The position numbers and the translations under genes are program-made. DNA of 64,000 nt from Leucoraja erinacea (Eukaryota). The DNA lies in contig NW_026576125.1 of the NCBI RefSeq assembly GCF_028641065.1, positions 124,001 to 188,000 of the forward strand, read 5' to 3'. A model generated the notes under the pieces. That model worked only from the letters and a program-made list of their open reading frames with translations. It searched no databases and had not been told where the DNA came from. Each line of letters opens with the position of its first letter. Position 1 is the stretch's first letter. Positions 1-11,319 of this stretch are shown here, in pieces.

Positions 1-30
1 GTTTTGACTGAAAAAAAACAGAACAAAGGA
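1..30 (-). other. Splice acceptor and first 7 nt of a further exon (probably CH3 of long-form IgW) leaving the window
   Basis: Minus strand tcctttgttctgttttttttcag|TCAAAAC is a strong polypyrimidine tract plus AG at 9-8. Confidence 0.55.
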
Positions 31-1479
31 TCCGTCAACTGGGATTTGACTCTCTTTCCCATCACCATGATCAGCTGGTACATTACAGGGGCACAATTTG
101 ATATGTGCTTTGCTTGGAACCCCTGCTGCATCGATTAGTAATACTGAGCAACATGAATGAGAAAAGCAACTTTTTTCCCTGTAGGCCAAGCCTGGGATTC
201 CCTCAGTTTAAGAATGTCACATGCTGATATCACAGCCTTACTTTGACCATGTGTCTCACCATCTCTGAAACCTTCACCACAAACACAACCTTCAGTAAAG
301 GTGTCATTCTTCCAGCTCAGGGCACTCGTAAGCCTGCACTCCTTTCACCTTTGTACCACTTGCTGTGTCATGTTGCAGTGTTGCCCACAAACACCAAAAC
401 TCACTCAGCCATAGACTAGTGTCAGTTTAGTGTGACTGTGCTCCAGTGAAGACTTTGAGGCGTTTCAGTAATTGATAGAAATGATCAGAAATAAATTAGT
501 GGCTGACTCTCCAGCGACAGCAGAGCAAATCATAAATGGTTAGAAGTATCAAGGTCCCTCTCCTGCTGCAGATTGGGATGAAATTCTGCATTAGATGTAT
601 TTTCCCGTTTCACATCAGAATCATTGGGCGAGGAAGAGAATGATTTATTCATTCATTGCCCCTGACTGGCCTGCACTGCCACTTGTCTTCTGAAGCAGCA
701 TCATGAGTCTAGTTGCACTCAGCTCACTCTTGTGTGTGCACTGTTTACACACTTAGTCACTTGGACCACATGAGCTGATTTTGCTCTCAAACACTTATTG
801 TGGAGTGTGATTAGGTTTGTCAGAATTGAAACTTTCAGTGAGCCTGGAGATCAAAGCCTTCAGCTGCGTAGAAAGCAGTCTGTCTGACAGGAGACATAAC
901 ATTTGTCAATGTAAGATGTTGTCTATTTCACAACCCCTCCTTCTTTAAGCAAAATGGTGAGCAAATTCCTTTCAAAAATAGTTATGTGCATGGTATTAGT
1001 GTGGATGACAGTGGTTGCAGTGTCATCAGAACTTTATAAGTCTAGTTTAACAGTGTGCAATGTTTTTGCTTTGTGAATCTTGTTTTAATCAGCAATGTGA
1101 TATTGTTAAACATGTGTGTTTGCAAGATGCTCAATCCCGTCCCTTATCAGTGACAGTCGTGTAGTTCCAGCATCGCGGTGTCGGGGGGAAACCGCCTCCT
1201 ATGAAACCTGGCAGAGTATGGATACCCTCCATCCTGTCAAATGCTGGTATCTTCCACAAGAGACATTTTGTCTTGCTCAACCTTAGATGATTATAACCAA
1301 ACACGTCCATTCCTTGCAACATTCCTTGCATTCCCTGAGTTTCTCCTTTGGACTGAGGTCTGTGTCCGGGAGGTGGGTTAATAAATCTGTGGCAATTTGT
1401 GCTAACTACAGTTTTCACCCAAAGCCAGTATAGGACAGGAGACCGGTTAGAGCCCTGGATCTTGCCTCACCAGTTTGCA

Positions 1480-1485
1480 TTTATT
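1480..1485 (-). terminator. Candidate poly(A) signal for secreted short IgW
   Basis: AATAAA about 320 bp downstream of the tail stop codon. Confidence 0.5.
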
Positions 1486-1807
1486 ATAGGGTCACCCTAT
1501 TTTTTACTGAGCCACTTTGACATTTCACACCGTTTACCTTAAACATCTCCTGCCTTTCGATCTCTGGGTGGTCCTTGCTGACTAGAGTCTGAGCATGAAT
1601 AAATCTGGCCAGTGGCACTGGGATGTGAAGCAACAATGTCTGCAAATGAATGAATACACAGGCAACTAGTGGAAGGGAGAGGGAGACAGCTTGAATTGGG
1701 TATTTCCCACACTCTGGTACACTTTGATCCCAGTAGATACCAGGGGTTGGATTTGAATCTTATAAATGGGTAGTAATAATAGAATGACAAATTCCATACG
1801 CAGCCAA

Positions 1808-1935
1808 TTACTTTATTTCACACTTTCCTGCCAAACAATCATACTGCCGGATAGAACCATCTGAGAATGTCACATTGAGATTACTCTGGTAGATGAACTT
1901 CGGCAGACACTTCGAACAGCCGGGACATTTTCGAC
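1808..1935 (-). CDS. IgW: IgW short-form Cys-rich secretory tail exon
   Basis: Acceptor ttccatttccag|. GRKCPGCSKCLPKFIYQSNLNVTFSDGSIRQYDCLAGKCEIK* has 5 Cys and an NVT sequon and is in phase with CH2. It is absent from the ORF track. Confidence 0.9.
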
Positions 1936-2164
1936 CTGGAAATGGAAGATTAATTGATTTAAATGTTAAGAGATTTTTACCTCCTGTGTTGAGGAAAGAG
2001 GAGATTCACATATTCCCAGTCTGTGTCCTCAGTATTTATCAGCATAAGATTATGCCGACCACGATAAACTGCTTCACTTTATCCAGGATCAGACAATACT
2101 TTAAAGAGTGTGGAGATGAGTTCAAAAATAATCCAGGCACTGACATTTCAATGAAAGGGAAAGG

Positions 2165-3008
2165 GCAATCTACAGGTGAGTTGGACAGTTTGGGTGAGTG
2201 GGCAGATGCATGGCAGATACAGTTTAATGTGGATAAATGTGAGGTAGCAAAAATAGGAAGGCAGATTACTATCTTAATTGGATCAAGTTGGGAAATGGGG
2301 AAATACAATGGGATCTTGGGGTGCTTGTTCATCAGTCAATGAAAATAAGCATGCAGGTACTGCAGGGAGTGAAGAAAGCGAATGGCATGTTGGCCTTTAT
2401 AACAAGAGGAGTTGAGTATAGGAGCAAAGAAGTCCTTCTGCAGTTGTACAGGGCCCTAGTAGAGACCACACCTGGAGTATTGTGTGCAGTTTTGGTCCCC
2501 TAATGCGTGGAAGGACATTCTTGCTATTGAGTGAGTGCAGCGTAGGTTCATCAGGTTAATTCCCTGATTGGCGGGACTGTCATGTGCTGAGAGAATGGAG
2601 CAGCTGGGCTTGTATACCCTGGAGTTTAGAAGGATGAGAGGATATCTTATTGAAACATATAAGATTATTAAGGGTTTGGACACGCTAGAGGCAAGAAACA
2701 TGTTCCTGATGTTGTGGGAGTCCAGAACCAGGGGCCACCGTTTAAGAATAAGGGGTAAGCAATTTAGAACGGAGATGAGGAAACCCTTTTTCTCACAGAG
2801 TTGTGAGTTTGTGGAATTCTCTGCGTCAGAGGACGGTGGAGGCCGGATCTCTGGATACTTTCAAGAGAGAGCTAGATAGGGCTCTTAAAGATAGTGGAGC
2901 CAGGGGATATGGGGAGAAGGCAAGAACGGGGTACTGATTGGGGATGATCAGCCATGATCATATTGAATGGCAGTGCTGGCTTGAAGGCCTAAACCTGCAC
3001 CTATTGTC
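2165..3008 (+). mobile_element. CR1 LINE 3' fragment
   Basis: RT C-terminal remnants (EWADAWQ.QFNVDKC, LLQLYRALV, LYTLEFRRMRG) and 3' UTR. Confidence 0.85.
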
Positions 3009-3369
3009 CATACAGAACACTCAAGAAACAAGATGGATTTGGAGAAACTAACACAAAGAAGACAGTGAGAAGGGAAGAAAGATCTTCTCCAGATATCGAA
3101 TGGGACCTGTGGTTTAATCACTGTCCATTTTTCTTACCACTGCACACAAAGGCAACTAGAGGAGTGAGAGTAAACACACTGGTGAGCTTCCTCTCTACAT
3201 GTCCTGTAGAATGAGTTAGAATTACAGATGGAAAGCATTGGCTTAAATTGCAAAAAGCCAAATGTGAACATAATACATCGCTCAACAGGACTGATCACAG
3301 CAACAGGAATTTGGTGGAAATGTCAGTAAGATTGTTTAATGCTGTAAGTAAATTACAGACGCCACTCAC

Positions 3370-3669
3370 CCTCTTGATATCTCATGTTGATCTTGTCGCT
3401 GAAGCCGGAAGGTGCGTGGGTCACTTCACAAGTATATTCCTGTTTGTTGGTCCATTCCTCCATATTCAACGGCAGGTAAGCAACTGTTTCAAATCCACCG
3501 TTAGTTCTCGGAGTGGACGGGAGAACGACGCCCGCTTGATTAAGTCCAGCTTTTTTCCAGGAAACTTTAATATTGTCAGGAGAGAATCCAGATATCATGC
3601 AGCCCAGGACAGCAGTTGTTTGATTGTGGAGAGTCTCCGGAGATGGAACAAGGGGGATGAGCTGTGGGG
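3370..3669 (-). CDS. IgW: IgW CH2 exon
   Basis: 300-bp phase 1-1 exon: APQLIPLVPSPETLHNQTTAVLGCMISGFSPDNIKVSW...YTCEVTHAPSGFSDKINMRYQE; donor G|GTGAGT. Confidence 0.95.
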
Positions 3670-4027
3670 CTGTAACATATTTAATATCTGTTATTACTTG
3701 ATTCTTTCAGCCACATTGCAGGATTCCACTCTCCCAGCATCTGGGACAAGTGCCCCAGTACCAGCCCTCCCCACAATGCTGGTGATATGCCGGTGATGTG
3801 TTGATACGGTGGGTCCCACGATCAGATGCTGGTCAGTGCTGTGATTGGGAGGCTGGGTTAGAACACAGGCCTCCCCAGCAGTGTGGGCCACTCTGCAGTG
3901 GTAAGGGTGGAGGTGGGTAAGTGGCGTACAGACCATCCGTGATCTCAGTGTGTGCTGGAGCAGACACAGGAACAGATGAGCCAACTGTTTCTACTGGCAG
4001 GAGGTTTGGGAATCACAACTTTAAGTT

Positions 4028-4299
4028 GTCTTCACCTCTTCTTTGTCTGTAACTCATTCTCACCTAGCCCACAGCTAACAATGGCCTGTTTCCTTTATCA
4101 GCATTACTTTTTTGCATATCTTCATTTATTAGTTCTATAACTCTCTACATCACAGTCGATATCTCTTTTTCCTTTCCCGACCCTCAGTCTGAGGAAGGGT
4201 CTCATCCCAAAACGTCACCAGAGATGCTGTCTGACCCGCTGAGTTACTCCAGCTGTCTATCTTCGCTTTAAACCAACATCTGCAGTTCCTTCTGACACC
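4028..4299 (+). mobile_element. Short Penelope-derived element with degenerate hammerhead motif
   Basis: Shares the ctgargaaggg...aaacgtc...gatgctg...agcatctgcag tail with the full Penelope. 10-bp TSD actttaagtt at 4018-4027 and 4300-4309. Confidence 0.75.
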
Positions 4300-4419
4300 A
4301 CTTTAAGTTTAATGGGATTGGAGGTCAGATGGACGAGAAACTTATTTTGTTATGACTTGATTTGCAATGATTTGATCAGAACAGGAAGGCAGTGGTTAAA
4401 AGTGAGAGTGGAAGCAGAT

Positions 4420-4596
4420 TCATGTCATTTCCACAAGGAGACTGGATTTCACTTGGTGAGGGGTCGGCTGCAGGGTTGAGGGGGAAGTGCAGGAAGAGTG
4501 ACGAAGGTTTAAATCTCCACACTGTGCATGGGCATAATAGGTGTGGCTCTGTACACAGCAGTTGATCTGGAGGGAGGTGTTTGGGGGGGTAGAGAG
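4420..4596 (-). pseudogene. Possible relic Ig constant-domain exon between CH1 and CH2
   Basis: Acceptor ttcctgcag| in phase 1 gives ALYPPKHLPPDQLLCTEPHLLCPCTVWRFKPSSLFLHF. Cys24 and the CxxxxFxP motif are in the same register as CH2. Confidence 0.35.
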
Positions 4597-4860
4597 CTGC
4601 AGGAATTTGACAAAGCAGTGGATAGAATGGAGGCAGATCAAGACGAGATGCTTCCTCTGTGAATCCTCCCCCTTCCCCTCACCATTATCTCCTTCCACAT
4701 AAATTCCCAGTGTATTTTTCCTTGTGCAGCAGCAGTCTGGCTGATAGGATGAGAATGAATGAGCAAAATAAGCCATTCGCTTCCTCCTGCATTGTTCGAC
4801 AAAGGCTTCCACTTTAGTTCTATCATCAGCTTTAAATGGACAACAAAATCTCACACTAAC

Positions 4861-5165
4861 CTTGAGCTTCTGGATCTCCGTTTTCACCATGTTGTCCGGC
4901 TTGGATCCTGCCTTGCAGTAGTAGGTTTTCCTGTTCCAATCTGCTACAGAGACTCGCAGCAAGCTGCTCATTGTGTACTTGTTGTTTTGTCCCAACACTG
5001 GTGGGTACTTTGTTATTCCATTGTTGATGACCCCACTGCTGGTGGACCATGTCTGACTGATGATCTCAGGCAGGTAGTCCTTGACCAGACAGAGGATGCT
5101 GATCTCTTGTCCAGATTCCGTGTTGCAGGAAGAGGTGATGTGGACTGAAGGCAAAACCACATCCT
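4861..5165 (-). CDS. IgW: IgW CH1 exon (ends out of phase)
   Basis: Acceptor tttccatttcag|. EDVVLPSVHITSSC...ILCLVKDYLPE...W...YYCKAG...EIQKLK is a C1-set domain. Donor AAG|GTTAGT; 305 bp, phase 1 in and phase 0 out. Confidence 0.9.
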
Positions 5166-5644
5166 CTGAAATGGAAATAAATGAACAGTTGGTTCTATAG
5201 TACATGGATTATTACCAGCGCATGCAACAGGTTCATGCTGATTGCTGAGTGAATGCAGGTGATTCAGGCTGAGAGAAGGCCAGGCACAGCAGACAAATAG
5301 TTCCTTTCCCAATCCCTTTCACACCGTGCATGACCAAGCAGTGAAATGCTGATCTCACACTGGGGAAGCAACATCTGCCAACCAGAGGGACAAACCGGCC
5401 TGTGCTCTGGGTGATGTGTCCCAGGTCAGGAACCACATGGTATGGTGCCAGATGGACCATATCTATAACCACCGGGCCAAATGGTGCTGGATCTGGCCTG
5501 TTGTGGAACTCCTTCAATGCTGGGCCTCGGGGAGTGTTGTACAACTAAAGGATCTTGGAGAACAGCTACACAGATCCCAGGAAGCGTTGTCACAGGTAAA
5601 TAGGTTGGTAAACAAAGCTATTCATGAATCAGGGAATTGATATA

Positions 5645-6197
5645 CAGTAACCCCTCGTTTTAACGGACCACTTTATAACAGACGGACCTGCCGACAGCAC
5701 CCTTGCACGCATGGTCCTTGGAGTCACCAACATACTGCACCTTGGAAGCAGCAGCTGGTGAGAGGAGAGGGTGCCCCATGGTGAGCATGCACCCTGTCAG
5801 TGGCCTGAAGAAAGCACTGCCAGTCAGAAGCTACATTGTGAGCCACAACCACAGCCGTGTCACCGGACCGTGCGGTGGATGAAGAAGGACTCGCTGGTGC
5901 AGAGCAGAGACAATGGCGCCTGGTTTTAAGTTGAAATTACACAAAGTGCTTGAGTAACCCAGCAGACTGAATCAGTCTGAAGAAGATTCCCCACCTCACC
6001 TATTGATGTTCTCCAGAGATGCTCCCTGACCAGTTGAATTACTCCAGCACTTTGTGTCTTTTTGTGTATTAACCAGTATCTGCATTCTTTGTTTCAACTA
6101 CATATACGGGTAATACCTTTCTTGTTTAAAGCTAACATTCGGCAATAATGGATACTATCCCCCCCACACCATGGTCCGTTATAATGAGGGTTTACTG
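5645..6197. mobile_element. Tigger/pogo-like MITE inside an old CR1 fragment (~5530-6780)
   Basis: TIRs cagtaacccctcgttttaacggacc and ggtccgttataatgagggtttactg, preceded by TA. Confidence 0.7.
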
Positions 6198-7135
6198 TTC
6201 AGAAGTTGGATGTTATACTAGAATGTTACAAGAAATCGGTGAGGCTGAATTTGGAATACAATGTTGAGTTTTCATCAAGCTACTCTCGGAAAGATATCAT
6301 TAGGCTAGAAGAGTGCTGAGAAGATTCACAAGTATGTTGCCAGGACTCAAGGGCCTGAGCTGGAGGGAAAAGTAGGGCAGGCTCGGACTTTACTCCTTTA
6401 TACCTCTAGAAGGCAGAAGAGTGATCCTATAAAGGTGTATAAAATCATGAAGGGAATAGATAGGGTGAATGCACAGTCTATTACACAGGATAGGGGAATC
6501 AAGATATAGGTGTAAGATGTGAGGAACAAGATTTAATGGGAATGTGTGGGGAACTTTCACATCCACAGGGTGGTGGATATATGGAACAGGCTGCCAGAGG
6601 AAACAGTTGAGGCAGGTACGATAACAGCATTTAAAAGACACTTGGACAGATACATGGATAGGAAAGAATTAGAGGACATGAGGTAAACATGGGCAAGTGG
6701 GACTAGCATACATGGAACATCAGGCTGCCTTGCACAAGCTGAGCTGAAGGGCCTGTTTCCATGCTGTATGACTCCATGTCTCCGAGTTATTAATGGGCTG
6801 GGAAATGCTTTGAGATGTCCTGGGGTTGTGGAAACCTTCAACAAAATAAAAAAAACATCAAATAAAAGTGGAAATAGTGGTTGTCAGATACTGTACTGAA
6901 AGAGTTTGATGATAGAGCTCTGAAGTGAAAGGGTGATTCTGCTTCTCTCCCCACAGATGCTGCCTGAACTGTCGAGTGTTTCGTGCAGGAGGATCAATGA
7001 TATCAGGCGGCGAGACTTGTAGCTCACTGTGTTTTCCATCCCGGGATCAGCAGGTGGTGAGTGCAGTTTAATTTGGATCCATGTTCCTAATGTGGTCAGG
7101 AGGTGGGTCAGAGACAGGAAAACACATCATACTAG

Positions 7136-7748
7136 CAGCTGGCGTGAGGAGCTGGGTGCTGGGGGGAGGAGCTGGGGGGAGGAGCTGGGTGTTGGGGTGA
7201 GGAGCTGGGTGCTGGGGGGAGGAGCTGGGTGCTGGGGGGAGGAGCTGGGTGTTGTTGGGGGGAGGAGCTGGGTGTTGGGGTGAGGAGCTGGGTGTTGGGG
7301 GGAGGAGCTGGGTGTTGGGGGGAGGATCTGGTGTGGGGGAGGAGCTGGGTGTTGGGGGAGGAGCTGGGTGCTGGGGGGAGGAGCTGGGGGGAGGAGCTGG
7401 GTGCTGGGGGGAGGAGCTGGGTGCTGGGGGGAGGAGCTGGGGTGAGGAGCTGGGTGCTGGGGGGAGGAGCTGGGTGTTGGGGTGAAGAGCTGGGTGCTGG
7501 GGGGAGGAGCTGGGTGTTGGGGTGAGGAGCTGGGTGCTGGGGGGAGGAGCTGGGGGGAGGAGCTGGGTGCTGGGGGGAGGAGCTGGGTGCTGGGGGGGGA
7601 GGAGCTGGGGTGAGGAGCTGGGTGCTGGGGGGAGGAGCTGGGTGTTGGGGTGAAGAGCTGGGTGGAGGAGCTGGGTGCTGGGGGGAGGTGCTGGGGGGAG
7701 TAGCTGGGTGCTGGGGGGAGGAGCTGGGTGTTGGGGGGTGAGGAGCTG
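7136..7748. repeat. G-rich ~20-bp tandem repeat (GGAGGAGCTGGGTGYTGGGG), switch-region-like, in the J-CH1 intron
   Basis: About 32 AGCT counted by eye, plus many TGCT and G4-G8 runs. Confidence 0.9.
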
Positions 7749-8654
7749 CAATAAACTGCCCGTCTGGGTTGCCATCCTGGGGGCATTTAGTGCCAATTGC
7801 GCTGCTGGGTCAGGGGTCAGAAATAGGCTCGACTGGGTAAGGACAATAGATCTCCTCCTCTGAGGGACAACAGGGAAACTGAGAGGTCATCATTACTGTG
7901 GATTTGTGCACAAAATCCAGGTTACTAACAAAAGAAAATCTGACACTTGTCCAATCTGTCCCAGATTATGAACAAAGTTTAAATTCCACAGTTGTTACGG
8001 AATTAAACTGGGGTCTGATTGTAGCCTGATGCCCGTCCATTGGATCACTGTAACTGTGGTGTCTCGGACAACATTTTCCCCTCACCAGCGGTATGCCGAT
8101 TCTGCTGTGTGCAGAGTGGATCCATAGTCCCTCCTTTACAACACGGCTCTATTGTGAACATGCCTCACTGCCTGTGAAGCGCTCGGGAACACCATGAAAG
8201 GTGCTCTGTCAATCACTGAGATTCACTGAGACACCAGCAGCCCTGGTTAATGGAACAAAGCACGTGTTGGACAAACCCAGTCTGTCGGCTGGCGGAGGAG
8301 GGCAGCAAATTAGAGCAGTTCCTCCATCTGTGAACTGGGAAAAAGCAGTTCTTTTGTGCAGCAAAACCCACGTCAAAAACACCAAGCAACTTGATTCAGA
8401 ATCTAAACTATGCACATCAGTGAATTCACAATGAAGAATAAAAGGTATTGACTTACTAAGGATCTCTAAATGTTGAAATTCAATACAAGACGCAAGTAAA
8501 ACCTGGTGCACTAAACCCCACATCTACAGTAGAACCATGTACAACATTCTCTCATTACTTTCAAATCATTCATTATTGTGAACCTTTGTTTTTGAACATG
8601 CATCAATGTGTTTTACAATCTAGAGAATGTTCTGTGTTCTGAAGCATTTACACA

Positions 8655-8965
8655 AGGAGTGTTTGACAGAGCAATGTAGAGGGAGCTTGACTCTGTGTCA
8701 AAGACACTGTCCCTGCACTGGGAGAGAGTGTAGAGGGAACTTCACTCAGTGACTAACCCGTACCCTGGGTGTGTGTGGAGACAGGTTGGATGGAGCCTCA
8801 CTCCTTGTCTAACCTGTGCTGTCCCTTCCCTGGGAGTGTTGGGACAGGAAGATGGAACTTTGTATCTAATCTGTAGCTGACAGCACAGTGACACGGGGAG
8901 ATTTATTCTGCATTTGACTCATGCTCTGTCTGACCTGGATGTGTTTGATGGGATCGCTTTGCGGG
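8655..8965. repeat. Degenerate ~60-bp tandem repeat
   Basis: Recurrent gtagagggarctt...ctaacc.gtgctgtccct...ctgggagtgtt units. Confidence 0.6.
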
Positions 8966-9009
8966 AGCAGGTACTGGAGTCATAGCGTCATAGATTAATA
9001 GTGTGGAAA

Positions 9010-10295
9010 CAGGCAGATTAATCTCCAAAAGACTGGAGGGTGGCTGATACTGACGCGTAATTGAAGAAGGACATTAGGGCCAAGCCAGGGATCTACACCA
9101 GTGAGCCTGACGTCATTGGTGGGAATGTCCTTAGGGATAGGAACTATCCATATTTGGATAGACACGGACTGATTAGGGATAGTCCTAAATTTACAAGATC
9201 TAGATCATTTGGGAGGGTGGGCCAAGGATTAGGGACAGCATGGCTTGTGTTGGGGGGAATTGTGCCTCATGAAGCTGATAAGGTTCAATAAGATCTGGCA
9301 TGGTGGGCTGGTGTGGAAGGTTAGATCACATGAAACCCAATATGAGCTAAATTCGCTTGGAGGAAGTGGACTACTGCAGGGGTCAGTGCTGAGACCACTG
9401 TTGTTGGTTATCTACATTAACAATTTGCCATACAATATAGTGGACATTGATAGTAAGTTTGCAGATGACACCAAAGTCAGAGCATGAGTGGACAGTGAGA
9501 GGGATAAGTTTACAATAAGATCAAGATCAGTTGGGAAAGGGAGCCAAGGAATGCCAAATGGAATTTAACTCTGACAAGTGAGGGAGTGTTGAACTGTGGT
9601 AGATCAAACCAGGGCTGGACTTACACAGTAAATGGTAGCGCCTGAAGAGTGTTGTAGAACAGACAGATGTGGAAATGCAGAGGCATGGTTCGCTGAGAGT
9701 GGCGAGTTAGGTGGACAGGGAGCTGATGTGGCTTTTGTCAGACTGCCTTCAATGGGCAGGGTACTGCGTATAAAAGTTGGGACATGATGATGCAGCTGTA
9801 TAAGTCATTGGTGAGACCACGCTTGGAGTAAGTACTGTGTGTAGTTCTGCTCACCCAGCTACAGGATGTCATTATATTGGAGACTTGGAAAAGATTCACC
9901 AAGATATTGTCTGGACATGTGAGGTTCTGTTTTAGGGAGAGGGAGGATAAGGTGCTTTTTTCCCCTTTGAGGCAAAGGACACTGGGCAGTAACCTTATTG
10001 AGGTGAACAAGATCATGAGGGGCATGGATAAGGTGCACGCTCACAGGCTTTGTCCCAGGATAGAGGTTTCTAAAACAAGAGGGCACAGGCGTAAGGTGAG
10101 TGGGGAGAGATTTAAAAGGGGACTTCAGGGGCATTTTTATTCACATTGGGTAGGCAGTATCTGGAATGAGTTGCCAGAGAAAACTATAAAAGCAGATAGA
10201 ATTACGAAAAATCCGGTATATGGATGAGAAGGGTATGTGGCCAATGGGCCGAGCCCAGAAAGCCAGCTTGGTCGGCATGCACAAGATGGACTGAA
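9010..10295 (+). mobile_element. Degenerate CR1 LINE
   Basis: QGSVL.PLL..IYIN, SKFADDTK and LVRPRLE remnants. Confidence 0.75.
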
Positions 10296-10517
10296 GGCAG
10301 ATGATGGCGAGACTCAGGGAAAGAACAGCCTGTGGGGCAGTTCAACGTGGTGGGAAATGTACTGTTGCTGGGTAGATTCTAACTCTGGAGAAACCCGCCT
10401 GTGTCCGGGAAATCCGTTCCAAATATCACACCGAGTTCAGGTCAATTACAGAATTGGCAAAGACCATACATTAATAAAACACAACTGGGTAAAATGGAAT
10501 TGAGGAATTGGTCTTAC

Positions 10518-10561
10518 CTGAAGTCACTGTCAGCGAGGTTCCTGCACCCCAGTAGTCAAGA
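10518..10561 (-). CDS. IGHJ: JH segment LDYWGAGTSLTVTS
   Basis: WGxG motif and phase-1 donor CAG|GTAAGA. Confidence 0.95.
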
Positions 10562-10600
10562 CACACTGATTCATTTTCCCACTCAGTCAGTACAATAACT
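10562..10600 (-). promoter_or_regulatory. JH 23-RSS
   Basis: Plus strand cacactg, 23-bp spacer, acaataact. Confidence 0.9.
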
Positions 10601-10731
10601 CCACTCGCCCTCCACATCCAATAATCTCAGCAAAGTGTCAACGTGAACTCTGCCCGGACCAGGAGCAGCCGTTTCCTGCATTTCCATCCCAATCTCCGTC
10701 CTTGTTCAACCTCTGGTGTGAATAAAAGAGG

Positions 10732-10778
10732 CATTTTTGCCGTCTGCTGCCACCGGCTCTGGCCGTCTCTCACAAACA
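10732..10778 (-). pseudogene. Possible collapsed DH remnant
   Basis: caccggc-12-tcacaaaca (nonamer nearly identical to that of the intact D) faces a nonamer-like catttttgc with only 29 bp between the nonamers. Confidence 0.4.
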
Positions 10779-10926
10779 CAATCGCCTCCTTTTGGGCTTT
10801 TAACCGGCCAGAAATGGACATTTCTTCCCTGCAGTGCGAGCCAGGCTTCAGGGATTTGACTTTGGCAAGCAGCAATGCTCAATGGATGGAGACAGACTGC
10901 GCTGCGGACGCTCATTTGTCGGGGGC

Positions 10927-10992
10927 AGTTTTTGTTCAGCTCTCCACCGCCGTGGGCCAGTATACACGGTGATTCACCGCCGCTCACAAACT
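10927..10992 (-). other. IGHD: DH segment TATACTGGCC (10955-10964) with 12/12 RSSs
   Basis: Plus strand: agtttttgt-12-cgccgtg-[ggccagtata]-cacggtg-12-tcacaaact. Confidence 0.9.
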
Positions 10993-11147
10993 GCGCTACC
11001 ACATCCAGCCCGAAATCCAACGTTGGCCAGAGTGGACAACGGTTTAATTAAAGCCCCGTCCATGTGTGTCCATGTGTCCCACACAGGAGTGTCCAGTCTC
11101 GGCCATTGCAGCCCTGTAGTGGACAGGAGATAACCCACCGCGACTGT

Positions 11148-11169
11148 CACCGTGACTCGACCCACAGCG
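11148..11169 (-). pseudogene. Possible degenerate DH (GGTCGAGT) with two heptamers and no nonamers
   Basis: caccgtg-[actcgacc]-cacagcg lies midway between V and the intact D. No nonamer is found at 12 or 22/23 bp on either side. Confidence 0.4.
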
Positions 11170-11319
11170 GCTCCTCGCTGTTTGTGTTCCCACATCTCCA
11201 GTGGAACTTGTTCCCTGTGCCAGATGATGCACTCTGGATCTGGTTTATATCCACGGGTCCCGAGGAAAGGCGGCGGCGGCAGCGCCCAGAGACGTGATTT
11301 AAAGCGTTTGGCTGCGGCA

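Noticed and set aside
4520-4582. Apparent V-gene 3' end (NTSLQIN...TYY) followed by CACAGTG
   Set aside because: No Cys after TYY, no nonamer at 12 or 23 bp, and no upstream V framework. The C-domain relic frame fits better.
7029-7863. Pro- or Gly-rich ORFs up to 242 aa
   Set aside because: Translation artefacts of the intronic G-rich tandem repeat; no splice or domain support.
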